A DNA stretch of 64,000 nucleotides from Geosiphon pyriformis uo1 (lineage: Eukaryota > Fungi > Glomeromycota). Position 1 is the first letter of the stretch, and each line of letters starts with the position of its first letter. The notes beneath the pieces are model-generated. The model searched no databases. It worked only from the letters and a program-made list of their open reading frames with translations, and was not told the DNA's origin. Position numbers and translations under genes: made by a program. The stretch is from the NCBI GenBank assembly GCA_016748015.1, contig JAAOMT010000563.1, forward strand, positions 310,001 through 374,000, written 5' to 3'. This document shows positions 1 through 13,149 of this stretch, one piece after another.

Positions 1-1954
1 TGTTCCAAATCACCAGACATATCAATATCTTCTATATAGTACTCTTTTTTCAAAGAGATTACCTCTCTTCCCAGCTTATTAACAGTTCTACTAAAGGAAC
101 TCATATGCACCAAAACTTTATTGATCCTAAGACCAAAAACACTACTTGAAACCAAATTACCATTAATAAATTGTTTAAAAGTTGCAATCAAAGAGTCAAT
201 AGGCTTAACAATAGACTCAACTAAAGCAGAAAGCTTAGTTAAATCAAATTTCAAAGAAGACAATCAGGACAGCACCAAAAAATCACTAACAACAACTAGA
301 AAAAAGGCAGGAGATAACAGAAGTAAAAATCTAGAGAAGCTTAAGAAAGCGGAAGTCTTGGCATAAGACTTAGGACCAACAAAGTGTAATGTGAACATCT
401 TAGAAGGCTTGAGAGGAAAAGGTGGAGAAATCTTACAGTCTGCTGCCAAATGGCCCAACTTTTAATACTTAAAACAATGCTAACAACCAGAAGTTTTCCA
501 CCAAATATGGCACTTTTTTAGTGTACCAGTTTTGACAACAGCAGAATTCAAATTAGCTTGGAAACCAAATGTAATCAGAGCAAACTGGAAACAATGACCA
601 GACTTAAAAAACCAAAGAATAAAACATGTCTGACTACCAACTTGAGAAACCATATTACTAATTTCAAAAACTGTACATCCAGAAAGAAGATTGACTAACT
701 TGGCCTTAAATCTATTATAAGACAAAATAGTCTTATTTTAATTTACCAAAAGAAGGATTCTAACACTATTCTTGCCTACCAAGACTGACCAATAATTCAA
801 AACAGACACAGCAAAATCCAACTTTTCAAAATAAACCACCACATACTGCCAAATGCCAGCAGACTTCAGTACAACATGAGTGATACTATCAAACACACTA
901 AGAGCTGTCTTAATATTAGTAGCAGACACACCCAAGAGCACATTATGCAGCACAACAATAGCAGAAGAAGAATCAAACTCAGAAATCACCAAAAACTTGG
1001 CAATTTTAAGGGTGGCCAAATGTACAGAGCTTGTAAGCTCAACCAAAAATGCAGCTTCCAAAGACACTTGAGAAGCAAACTCTACACAAAACAGCTTCAC
1101 ATTGTCTTTTAATACTAACTTTGCACCCAAGAAACCATGTATTGACTGAAAAACAGTCTTAACATAAGCCAATTTGATCTTAAAAGTAGCATCAGACACC
1201 AGAGTAGAGGCCACCCACCCAACAAATCTTTGATGACTAGCAATAGTTTCCCAAGCACTACCAGCAGCAGCACCAGAAACCAGAGGAGGAGATGATTTAG
1301 TTTCTATCTGATCAGCCCAGTTCTTAAGAACAAGTGACCCAATAAGAGATAATTGCTTTGCTTTTAAAATTGACAATAATTTGCCAGAAGACACCACATT
1401 TAGCAATACAGCCAGTGGTTGATCTTGGCCCATCTTGGATAATGTGTTGGATAATACTATGGAAATCTTATCTAAAATCTTGTTGGGAACCACAAAGGGA
1501 TTTGGTGCAACAATAGTAGAGACAAGCAACTGCTCCCACTTTTCTGAACTTTTGGTCTTTTTGACTATTTTTTTTGAAGAGGAGATGCCAGTAGCATCAG
1601 ATGTTAAAACTATAGAAGGAAATACCAGCTTGTTAACTGGTCTATTATTAAATACTTTTGGGCTCTTAGTAGGGGTGGAGGCAACACTGGGACTAATTCA
1701 AGTGTGTTTTTTTAAGGGGATTTTGACTAGTGAAAAACCAGCCAAAGATAAGAAAATTGCTTCAGTAACTACCAAAGACAGCTTTTCACAATTACTAGGT
1801 AAAGAAAAGACTTCTAAAACGTTTTGTTTAGTTGCTTCTACAACAGAAAGAGCTCCTCTAATTGAAATTTTATTAGATATCTTAGGAAAAATATCAGGTA
1901 CAGCTTATTTATTCTTTGCTCTGGTCGTGGTTATAAAATTAAGGAGACAAAGAA
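1..1954 (-). mobile_element. ORF1-only non-autonomous LINE-derived element (half-LINE), copy 1; 5' end intact, 3' end outside window; ORF disrupted
   Basis: ORF fragments 738-1529, 480-725 and 264-458 are collinear with copies at 42230 and 49852 (RRM-like VVLHNVLLGVSATNIKTALSVF..WQYVVVYFE; knuckle remnant GHLAADC). Same 5' motif CTTTGTCTCCTTAATTTT. Confidence 0.85.
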
Positions 1955-3349
1955 TTATTATTATTATAATTTTATAAGATTAATCTAAAATTAATAGAAA
2001 AATTATTAATTAAATTAATAAGTTATTTTTGCTTAATTAATTATTTTTGTTATTTTAAATATTAATTTTTTTTATATAATATAATTAATAAAAATATCAA
2101 AAAATATATATTATAAATAAAACAACAGAAATAAATATAATTATTTGTAATTAAAAAACAATAAATAATATTTTAATATTATATTTTTTTTTTATTAGTT
2201 TTATGAATACAGTCTAATTATTATTTAATATACAAAAACAAACTAAGTAATTTAATTTATTATAATATTCTAATACATAAAATAGATTTAAGTAATGATT
2301 TTTTTTTATAAATAGAAGAAATTTATTATTTTTTACAAGAAAAATATCTGTTTTTTTATATTATTTAAATAAACAACAGAAAATATTTTCATATTTTTTG
2401 ATATTAAAAAAATATTAATATATTTTGATATGATTTTTTAATTATTATTAAAACATAAATTCATTGGTATTTTTTTTATTATATTATAACTGTCTTTTCA
2501 AAGATAAGATCTTATTTTTAAAAAATACACAAAGTTTTTTTAATATAATAAAAGTTTTTTATTATAAGCTTTGAATCAATTATTTGGTTTTAAAAATTAT
2601 AATAAAAACTATATTTATTAATTAGTAATATTATTTTAACAAATTTTTAAAAAAGTGTTATTATATTATACTTAATTAAATTAATTAAATATATATATTC
2701 TAATTAAAAAATATTTAAAATTAAATACATAAAATATTTTACAATATTTAAAAATATTTTTTATATAACAAAAATTTTTGTTTGGATTTTTATTAATTAA
2801 AAAATTCAGATGAATTTAATTTAATAATTAGTTTTTAATATTTTATTAAAATAAGCTTATATTAACAAATTTAAGTTATTTATATGAATAACAGAACTTA
2901 TACCAATTTTATATTGTAAATAAATAAAAATTAATAGTTAATTATTATAAAAAATATTATTTGTATTACTTAAATTTACTAATAATTTTTTTATTAAAAG
3001 ATTAACAAGTAAAGTTCAATTATTATCTAGTATATAAACCCAAATACTAATAAATAAACTAATAAAATCAACTTTTATTATATATTAATTAAAAAATTAT
3101 AATTTGATAGTATAATTGATCTTTAAAAACTTTGCATAATTTGAAAAAATTTTTCAACTGCAAAAATACAAAAAAAATTATGGTTTTGTATTTTTGTAAA
3201 ATAATTATAAATTAAATAAAAAATAAAATTGCAAATTATTTGATTTTTTTACTAAAACAAAACTATAGTATTTATTAGAATGTTTTTTTTTATGTTTTAA
3301 TAAGTAAGATCCAAATATTATCTAATATAATATATCAAATTAAATAATT

Positions 3350-3673
3350 TAAACTAAATATAAATTATGTATTTTACTATATGTAACCAACTATTTAGAC
3401 CAATCAAAACAATATTATGTATATATATATATACAAAAACTATATCTTTAATACTTAAAAAGAACAAACACAAATTGTGTATATCAAAATTAACTTTAAA
3501 AGTCTTATCAATTTTAAGCAGTTTAATTATATTATTTAATAACACAGATAATAGACTAACAACAATCAAAGATAAAATTTTATTCTGTAAAATTAGATTG
3601 TTTTTTTTTATAAAAACTTAGTATTTAAAATAAATAAGCCAAATATTGTTCTTATAAATCAATCTAAAACTAT
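3350..3673 (+). pseudogene. Very decayed retroelement pol-like remnant hosting the solo LTR-B; appears to continue at 6189-6585
   Basis: Faint RT/RNase H-like translations (LAVY.. at ~6397). Split by LTR-B with imperfect 4-bp TSD CTAT/TTAT. Confidence 0.3.
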
Positions 3674-6188
3674 TATTATTTATAGAAAAAAAATACAAGA
3701 AAAAAATAGAAAAAACAGATCATAAAATAGATTAATAAAAAAATAATACTTAATAAATAAGCATATTTTCAGAAAGTAGTATAGAAAAAAATTAAAAATA
3801 TGTAGAATCTTATATAATATAAATTATCGGCAGATCTTTACTGGTTTTAGAAGCAAAATAATTTTTTCCTGTTGGGTCATCTGTTCTTGAGAACTGGGCT
3901 GATCAAATGGAAACTGAATCATCTCCTCCTCTAGTTTCTGGTACTACTTCTGGTGGTGCTTGGGAAACTATTACTAGTCATCAAAGATTTACTGGGTGGG
4001 TGGCCTCCACTCTGGTGCCTGGTGCTACTTTTAAGATCAAATTGGCTTATATTAAGACTGTTTTTCAGTCTGTGCATGGTTTTTTGGGTGCTAAATCTGT
4101 TTCAAAAGACAATATAAAGCTTTTCTGTATGAAGTTTGCTTCTCAACAGTTTTTGGAAGCTGCATTTCTGGTTGAGCTTACAAGCTCTGTTCATTTGACC
4201 ACTCTCAAAATTGCCAAGTCTTTGGTGGTTTCTGAATCTGGTTCCTCTCCTGCTGCTGTTGCACTGCGTAATGTGCCTTTAGGTGTGTCTACTGCTGATG
4301 TTAAGTTGGCTCTCAATGTGTTTGGTAGTGTTACTGGTGTTGTGCTGAAGCCTGCTGGCATTTGGCAGTATGTGGTAGTTTATTTTGAAAAGTTGGACTC
4401 TGCTGTGTCTGTCTTGAAGCATTGGTCAGTCTTGGTGTGCAAGAATAGTATTAGGATCCTCTCTCTGGTGAATCAAAATGAGACTATTTTGTCTTATAAT
4501 AAGTTTAAAGCCAAATTGATCAACCTTCTCCCTGGCTGTACCACCTTTGAAATCAGTAATATGATTTCTCAAATTGGTGGTCAAACATGTTTCATCTCTT
4601 ATTCTCCTAATTCTGGTTGTTGTTTCCAGTTTGCTTTGGTTATATTTGACTTTCAAAACAATTTGGATTCTGTTATAGTCAAGACTGGTACTTTAAGGAA
4701 ATGCTGTATCTGATAAGAAACTCCTGGCTGCCAGCGCTGCTTTAGGTGTCAAGAAATGGGCCATCTGGCTGCAGATTGCAAGATTTTCTCACCTTCCACT
4801 TCCAAGATTTTCAAAGTTTTCAAGTCTTATTTTGTGGGTTCTGCTTCATATACCAAGACTGCTGCTCTTTCTGATCTTTTTGAGTTTCCTCTTTTAGTGG
4901 CTTCTTTGGCTGCTTCTGCTGCTAATCCTGCTGTTAGTTCTAAGTTGGACTCTTTGGAAAAGCAGATTTCAGATTTGGCTGCTCTGATTAAGTCTATTGT
5001 TGAGCCTGTTGGTTCTTTGGTTGTTTTAGTGTCTCGTCTTCTTAATGATAATGCTGCTAAGGCTGTTCAAGTCAAGAAAGATATCATTTCCATGAAGAGT
5101 GCTGCTAACAATTTTTCTAACCTCATGGTTGGAGTTTCCAAGAACATTGCTTGTCTTAGATCTGAGGTTGACTTTGGTAATATGGATTATGATGGTATGT
5201 TGGCTGCTAAGCCTTCCTTTTTAAGTGAGGACACTATTGAACATGTTATTGCTTTGTGACGAATGTCTGATGCTGAAACCAGGAGCAATATTGAGTCTAC
5301 TAGATTGTTTTTTAGTGAGTTTATTTTTGATTCTAGGAATCTGAATGATATCATTGAGAGAATTCATGGGTTGGAGTTATTCTCACCTACTTTTGATTCA
5401 GCATAGTGAGTCTTTGATTGGGCCAAATGTCTGATCATGTATAGAAAACACATGATTTACGCCTATAATATAATCCCTTTTGTGATATCATAGTTTTAGG
5501 TAGTATTTGGGTCTCACTCATTAAAATGTAATAAAAAAATAAATAAATTATGTATATATAATAAAAGTATTAGAAGCAAAAAAGACAAAACAAAAGTTAG
5601 AAATCAATAATTATCAAATATTTTTTTCTTCAAAAGATAGTTTTTTATAACTTAAAGTGGAATTATATTTATATTAATAAAATATCTATTATTATCTAAT
5701 TTATGTAGTTATTATTTGATTAAAAAAATATTAATCACTTTTATATTATTAATAATTTATGTTAATAAAATCTGATATTTAATTATATTAGACCAATAGT
5801 TCTAGATTATAACTATTGACAGAATACTAATTTTTTGTTTTTTTTTGTTTTTTTTTATTCTGTTTTTTTGTTGTTTACTAATTAATTAAAAAAATTAAGT
5901 GTTAAATAATTGATGTCAAGAATAGCTTGGTAAAAGATCTATAAAACAATAATAAAAAACTTAAGAATAATTTACTAGAAAAACACAACTGTTAGATTAA
6001 ACCAGTTATTACACTAAAAAAAAAATTCATAAAAAAAACCATCAATTGAATTTCTATTCATTATATAAAGAACTTAACCAAAATTTTTAAATTACAAAAT
6101 TTTCAGAAATTATTATTATTAATAACTATTAAGCACTAAGTTATGAGTTTGTTATTTGTTTTAACACTCTAAATAATCATCTGTAATA
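3674..6188 (+). mobile_element. Decayed solo LTR of Gypsy family B, interrupted by half-LINE copy 2
   Basis: 5552-6188 aligns with LTR-B 52972-53564 (both end AATAATCATCTGTAATA). 3674-3827 resembles the LTR-B start. The empty site AGAATCTTATATAA..AAATTAT.TATATATA is seen in the LTR-B copy at ~34810-34845. Confidence 0.75.
3828..5542 (+). mobile_element. Half-LINE copy 2: 5'-truncated ORF1, LINE-type 3' tail, A-rich end, 9-bp TSD
   Basis: ORFs 3907-4713 and 4756-5259 (RRM-like; CFRCQEMGHLAADC is CX2CX4HX4C). Stop at ~5406 followed by the shared 3' tail. TSD ATAAATTAT at 3819-3827 and 5543-5551. Confidence 0.9.
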
Positions 6189-6684
6189 TTATACAAAAAA
6201 TTAACAACTTTATAATCAGCAACTTTATGGTTTTTAAAAACCAAAAAAGACTTATAAAACCAGTTTTTAAAAATAAACTTTTTATACAAAGCAAAATATA
6301 TAGCAATATTTAATAAATACAAAGACAATAATTAAAATATACATAAAAAAAATCTGTATAAACTAGATAAAGCTTTTCAGATAACTACATAATTACTTAG
6401 CAGTTTATTGTAAACTTCAATATTTATTTTATAAGAAATACATAATCTAAAAATTTAATTTTCTTATAATATAAATACAATATACTATAATAATATTTGT
6501 TATATAAATATTTGTAAACAATTATTAATAATCTGTAATATAATGTTTTTATAAAATAAAAACAACATAATTATTGTAATTTTAAAAACTTCTTTCTTTT
6601 TTTCATCCAAAATTCCCAAAAAAGTCAAAAAGTTTTTTTTGAGAAAAGTTTTTTACAATTTAATACAATAAATTTAAACCATTT

Positions 6685-8490
6685 TTGCTTGATTACGAGG
6701 CCATTGTTGGTCCTAGTATTGCCATTCTGAATAAATCTATTATGGAGTCTGGTTCTAATGTTGGTGTCAAACTTGTGGAGTTCAAGAAGAAGAGGAGAAG
6801 TGGTGCTTTAGAAGATAGTGTTGGTAATAGAAAGATTGTTGCTATAGTACCAAGTGGTTATCTCTAAGGATCTGAGACTGACATGGAGGAAAAATTTTTG
6901 GTTAAAGAGACCAGCTTTGATTATGGAGAAGGTAGTGCTTTCACTGGTAGAAACTCAGAACAAACTCCTAAAAGTTTGAAAATTCAGACCAAAAGAGCAC
7001 TGGGTAAATTACTGGGGAAAATTGACTTCTTGAGCAATAATGATAATAACATTTTCTTGGACAAATCTGTGATTCTCTCTTCCCCTTTAAAGAACTTAGT
7101 CAATGTTTCTGTTCATAAATCTTTTGCTTTGGATATTGGGCTGAACAAGGTAATAAGAAATTTTTCTCAAAAAAAGTGCATAGTGGTTAAGAAATTGTTT
7201 TCAGGAATCAATGGTTTTGGGGGGGGTGTTTACTCTCTTAAAATTTGCTAAGATAATTAGAGCAATGTTTACTTTCAAATCAAGTTTGATGAAAGTTATT
7301 AATAAGGCTACAAGTGCAAAAATCGTGGTAAACACTGATCTCAAAAAATCTGTTGGGTGGTCAAATTAAGCTGTGGTTATAAAAAAAATTCCAATTGGGA
7401 CATCAGCTAAAGCTGTGCGTGCTGTACTATCTGAGTATAGAATAATTAAGACGATCAAGATGCAATTAGTTGGGCTATAGCAGAAGGCTGTAGTAGAATT
7501 CAAGCAATCAGATCACACTGATTGGTCACAGTAAGGTGGTCTATCTTAATCAGAAAAAATGTGGTGTGTGTTGCTAGGGTGGATTTAGATAAAGAAACAT
7601 GGATTACAAGAGATTAGCACAGAGTGCTGCTCTATATACTACTAATGAAAACAAATACTCATGACATCTGGGACTTTGTTGGATTTGTGAGTGAGAAAAA
7701 ATGTGTTATCAATCGTCATTCTGTTATGTATGCTCAGACTAGGTGTGCTGTCATCTGTTTTGATTCTGTTGAGTCACTGGATGTTGTTATGAGAACCACA
7801 CCAGTGCTAAAGGGTGCCAATCTGCACTGGTCTTGTCTGGTTTTTGCTGGGTGCACCAAGTATAAAAAATCAGGTTATATGTCATTGGACTGTGCTGCTA
7901 GTAAGAAAGTTCCTTCTGGTGTACTATTGTGTAAAGTGCTTTTGGACATGGATAAAAGCAGGCTGGCTGCAATCTATGCTAAATGTTTGGCTTCAGTTGC
8001 TCATCTTGTTTCTTTTAGTGGCCTCTCTTAGGCAAAAATTGCTGGTGGGTTTTTTTCTCCCTTTCTTTCTAGTTATAGTGTTTTAGTAAAAAGTGGCTCC
8101 TTTTTGAAAATAAAGCCATCCCTACTGATTACAATGGAGATCAATGATAGGTTTGCCACTCTTGAGTATAGTTTTGCCAGTCTTGCAGAGCAAGTTAGTA
8201 AGCTGGCTAAGAAGTTGAATACACTTGGGCCAATGGTTTTTCAGCCTAGTCCTGGAAGTCAGCTGTTAGTGACCTTTTTATCACAGGATCATAGAGCAGA
8301 TATAATAATAAGTAAGGATTTAGGTGCATCTATTAGTAATAAGACTGTTGTGAAAGTGGTGTTTTTTGATGTGTCTTTGGTGTCCAAGCTGGAAGACAAT
8401 ATGAGATGTCTGATGGAAATACTATTAAGCCTTTTGGCCAAAGTAGATAGTCTTGGTGCAAATTTGGTTCCCCAACTCATTTCCCAATGA
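6685..8490 (+). pseudogene. LINE ORF1 (gag-like: RRM-like domains, degenerate CCHC knuckle, C-terminal coiled coil)
   Basis: Fragments 6685-6867, 6883-7251, 7624-8031 (CTKYKKSGYMSLDC) and 8104-8490. Homologous to 14284-16236. Confidence 0.85.
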
Positions 8491-11400
8491 GTGATTTGGT
8501 TTGGAAGATTGCTATATGCAATGTTAGAGAAATGAACAATCCTGTAAAGCAAGATGATGTTATTTATTGGCACAAGGACATAAATAATGTAATCTCTATT
8601 TTTACAGAATTGAAGCTAAGAGAGAAAGTTCACTCCTGGATTGTAAACAAGTTTGATGGAATTTGGGTGTTTACTTCTGGTTTGGAATCTGGGTATCTGA
8701 GTGCTAGTGTTGTGATCATTATGGACTCTTCTTTGGCAAAACATGTGTGCAAGATTTCTGAAGTGTCTGGTCAGCTTTTGTCTATTAAACTACTATTTAA
8801 GAACAAACTTTCTGTGTCAATTTTAGGGCTTTATGCTGGTGCATCTTCAGTAGTTTGGTTTTCTTAGGCTGATGAAATCAACTCTTTTGTCACAAAGACT
8901 GTAAATGAATCTTTTTTCATTATTCTTGAGAGTAATTTCAATGAAAATGGTTTGTATAAGAGTGCAAGTTTCAAGAGATGTCTTGATTTGGAGTTGGTCA
9001 ACTCTTTGTTGGGTAGTCCAGTCATGAGAAGTTTTACATGAAAGAATTTAAGGGGTGTGGAAAAAACAATTGATTATGTGTTGGTTTTGTCTAATTTGGT
9101 TAATGCAGTGGTTGAATGCAATGTCCTGAATGTTAGTAAACACTTTGACACTGATCATCAAGCAGTTTCTGTGTCAGTGGATCTGGGCAATTTGCTGGAC
9201 ATTTAGTTGATCTCTCTTCATAAACAGGCAAATAAAGATCACTGGAAGTTTGATTTTAAAGGTGCTGATGAGGCTAAATGAAGCAAGTTTAAAGATGCTA
9301 CAGCAGCAAATGCTGCAATGTTCTCTGATGATTTTGTTGCTTCCAAGCATTTTTCGGATCTGGATACAATGTGGGACACTATTTGCAAGATGATGTGTCT
9401 TTCAGCCAATGAGGTTTTCAAGAAAAAATGGTTCAGAGGCTACAATGGTATCTTTACCAAAAAATTCTCTAAGTTCCACAAGCTGGAAATTTTTACATAA
9501 GAATATTGGTGGTGCTTTTGAATCTTTGATGGGCCACTGGGAGACTTTGGATGCTAATAAGGCTTTGCTTATTCAGGTTCTGGTGGATTCTGGTGTGAGT
9601 TTAGATTGTGTGTATTTGGTTTTTTTCAGTGTACAAAAATCATATTATGTCTCCAAGCTTGCTGAGTTTTTGCAAGCTGAAAAGTTAAGAATTAAGTTGG
9701 CTATTGATAGACAAATAGAAAATTTTGTGGTTGATAAAGGTCACACAATCAGAAGTGTGTTGAAGTATCCTTTTCAAAAAGTGGTTTTAGACCATCTGGT
9801 GGTTGAAAATGAGCTAATTCTAGAATCTAATCTGGTAAAGGCCAAGATGGATGTGATTATGGAGAGATGAACTAGGAAACACAAAGTGGTGAAGGATTTT
9901 TCTAATAATTGGCATCATCAATATCAGCCTTTGGAATACATTTTTGACAATGCTTTTTCAAGTATAATGTGTTCAGTTAGTTTTAGTAAGTTGATTAGTG
10001 TGGTTTTTGATCTGCCTAATGACAAAGCAGCCAGTCTTTCTGGGATCTCAAACAAGCTTTGGAAACAGTGTGATAAGTCAGTCTTAGATATGCTCTTAGT
10101 GCTTTTAAATTTCTGCTTGTTCTGTGAGTTGGTGCTTAATGCTTGGAAAGAGACCTGAATCTCGATGATTCCGAAACCATATGAGTAGAAGGAAGTTCTT
10201 ATGAACACCTAACCTATTGCCTTAATTAAGACCACCTGCAAGATCCTTTTCAAAGTTCTCTTAAACAGAATTTCCTTGGCATGCAGCACTTTTGATGTTT
10301 TATAAAAAGACAACTTCTTAGTTTTAAAAGGTATAACAATACAATTTCTATTTTTGCCATTGGTTTGGTTGTTAAGGATGTATTAGAAAAGAACCATGAA
10401 CTCTGACTGGTCTTATAGGACATGCAAAAGGCCTATAATTTGATTAGATGAGAGCATCTTAGGAAGAGCTTGGTCAGAATAAAAATGTGTAATAAATTTA
10501 TTTAATTTTTTGGGAGTATTTACAATGATTATGTCAACAGAGTTATAACTAATTTCAGATTGACAAATAGATATTGGGTGCACAATAGCCTAGATTAAGG
10601 ACAAGTGTTCTTACCTCTTTTTTGGTGTATATTTTATGATTCTCTGCTGTGTGAGGTTAAACATTAGGAGAGTGTGTGTGAATATAGATTGAATTTTCAT
10701 TTTGTTTCCAGTAGTGATTGTGTTGAATTTCAGGTTGGACTCTCTTCTTTTTTTGCTACTGGTGCCTTTATTGATGATATAATTTGGATTGGTAGCAGTC
10801 AGAGTACTATTCAACATATACTTAATGTTGCTAGTGAATTTTTTCAGATCAATGACATTTCAATCAACAATGACAAGACAGTGGTCATTCCCATCAATAA
10901 CAAGATCAAAGTTTCTTCTCTTTCTATCAGTGGCTCATCTATCTCTATTACCAAAAGGGGAGAGTCTCATCAGTATCTAGGTATTTTTCTTTTTACTAAG
11001 AGTTTTTTGAAGCCTAGTTTGGCTAAGACACATTCAGATGTTTGTTTTTTTGCCAATCTGGTTCTGAAAAAGGCTGTCTCAGATAAGCAGTTTTTGTATT
11101 TGGTGTTAGCAGTTCTCCATCCTATAATCAGCTATAGAATACAGTTTAGCTTTGTTTCCTTCAGTGTATACAGCAAGTAAAATGCCCTAATTTGTAAAGG
11201 CTTGAAGCTTAAGTCTGGTCTGCCTTTCAATTTTTCTAGCAATACAATTCACCACTCTGCCTTTTATGGTTTAAAGTTCTTCTTACAAGTTTAGTCTAAG
11301 AGTAAGGTTGCTTCCTTTATTTGTTTTGTTAATTCTGTTGAGATTTTGGGTTGTTTATTTTCTCACAAGTTTTATGACATACAAGTTCTGTGTTGGCATT

Positions 11401-13149
11401 CTGTTCATCTATTAAGTTCTCCTGTTTATATTCATGTCAGCACTTCTAATAACTTTCTGGTGGACATGGTTTGTATTTTTCTTGATTGCAATTTGTTCCT
11501 GGGTGGCTTTTTGGCCAGTTCTTTTCAGTTTTATGATGGAGTGCTCATGTTTACCATTCTGGGTGAGTCAAGATTTTACAAGTTCCTCTTTTCTCTCTAG
11601 CAGTATGATATTGTCTTTGTGAAGCAGCTTTGTGATCATCATGGTGCTATCTTTGACTGATACACCTTTAAGCATTGGAAAAGATTGGACTCTTATGGTC
11701 CTGTTTCTGAATGGTTCAAGCTTTCTACTGTATTTTTTACTAGTTTATTTTTTTCTCTTACTCCTTTCTGGTTTTGAGTAGTATTGGCCCATTGAACATT
11801 TTTGATTCTAGTAATTATGTATCTGTTTGTAAGCATCTTTCTCAAGTTGGTACTAGTAGTTTGTTCATATATATGGATGAATCTCTAAAGGAGTTGGGCA
11901 CAGTCAGCTGTAAGGCTGGCACTGCTGCTTTTTTCAAAGACATTAATTTGGGTTTGGACATCAATGTGTTAGGGTTGATGTCATCTACTTTGGCTGAAAT
12001 ACAAGCTATTGCTTTGGTCTTAGAGTGTATTCCCTTGTCTAGCTCTGTACACTTATATTCAGATAGTCAGTCTGCTTTGGATGCTTGTAAATCGGAATTG
12101 GATCTGGTTTATCCTGATTTTCATAATTAGTGTTGGATTGAGCATTGATATGTCATTAATGTTATTTATGATAAGAATCTGAGAGTTAGTTGGCACAAGG
12201 TAAAGAGTTACTCTGGCATTTCAGGAAATGAGTGTGCCAACACAATCACTGGTGCTGCTTCTATTTCCAGTCAGTTTTTTCACCCTTACTTGAGTGAACA
12301 TTTCTTGATGGCTGATGGTAGTATTGTTTCTGGCAATTTTCGACACTTTGTTCATGATGTTTTTCGTTCTGTTTGTCATACACATTGAAAAGTTGGTTCT
12401 GGTTCTAAGTTTTTGGCAAGTAGTTTGTTTTCTAAAGTTAATTGACTCTGTTCTTTATTGGTGTGGCATTCTGATTTGCACATAGCCACTGGTTTTACCA
12501 ACAGGCCTTCAGCTAATATGTGTACTTATTTCATGAAGGCTTTGCATCATTGCCTATTTGTAACTGTTTGGAAGCACCTCTATAATAGACTCTATCTTAG
12601 TGTTTTGTGCTTATATTGTGATGATATGGAAATGTCAGATCATGTATTTTCTTGTAAGGTTGATAATCCTGCTTAGTGTTAGTTGCTGGACTTCCATGTA
12701 AATTCTTGGAAGTCACTTTCTGGTTTCTTTTATTCTTTTTCAAGTGTGTTGCAGTTGTTGTCATTCTGTGTTTCTGGTTCCTCTATGTTTATGGCTCTTT
12801 ATAAGGACTTTGTTTTAATTGTTGGTTTTGTGAAATTATGTCCATTTTTCATGATCCCAAGGTTGCTGGTCTGGAAGTTGTTAGATTTATTTACTTTCTT
12901 AGTCTTGCTTTTTGGGAGAATATTTAGTTGGTCTATGTTAAACATTGTATCTATATGGAGAAGAATGTGTTGATTTTTTTTGATGGTTTGGCTTTTATTT
13001 TGGTTTCTAGTTTAGCTTCAGGACTTTCTGCTAATGTGGTTAAATTACTCAGCATCAATGAGGCTTTTGGCATGTGTTTTGGCTTTTACTGGTCTGGTCT
13101 CTTTCTTTCTAGCATAAGTAATCCAGTTTCAGTTTATATAGCTGTGTAG
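8487..13149 (+). pseudogene. LINE ORF2: APE endonuclease, reverse transcriptase, RNase H, C-terminal CCHC finger; many stops
   Basis: WKIAICNVR/IFTELKL and FDTDHQAV (APE); DMQKAY and AFIDDIIW (RT); YMDESL, STLAEIQAI, LYSDSQSAL (RNase H); CLYCDDMEMSDHVFSC. Confidence 0.92.

Noticed and set aside
1435-1977. Recurrent antisense ORF over half-LINE 5' region (also 42321-42749, 49827-50177)
   Set aside because: Shadow of the S/T/K-rich ORF1 frame with inconsistent boundaries among copies; no independent support.
1980-3350. Host genes in very AT-rich stretches (also 13300-14150, 47300-49700)
   Set aside because: Only short low-complexity I/K/N/F/L frames; probably terminally decayed repeats that cannot be assigned by eye.
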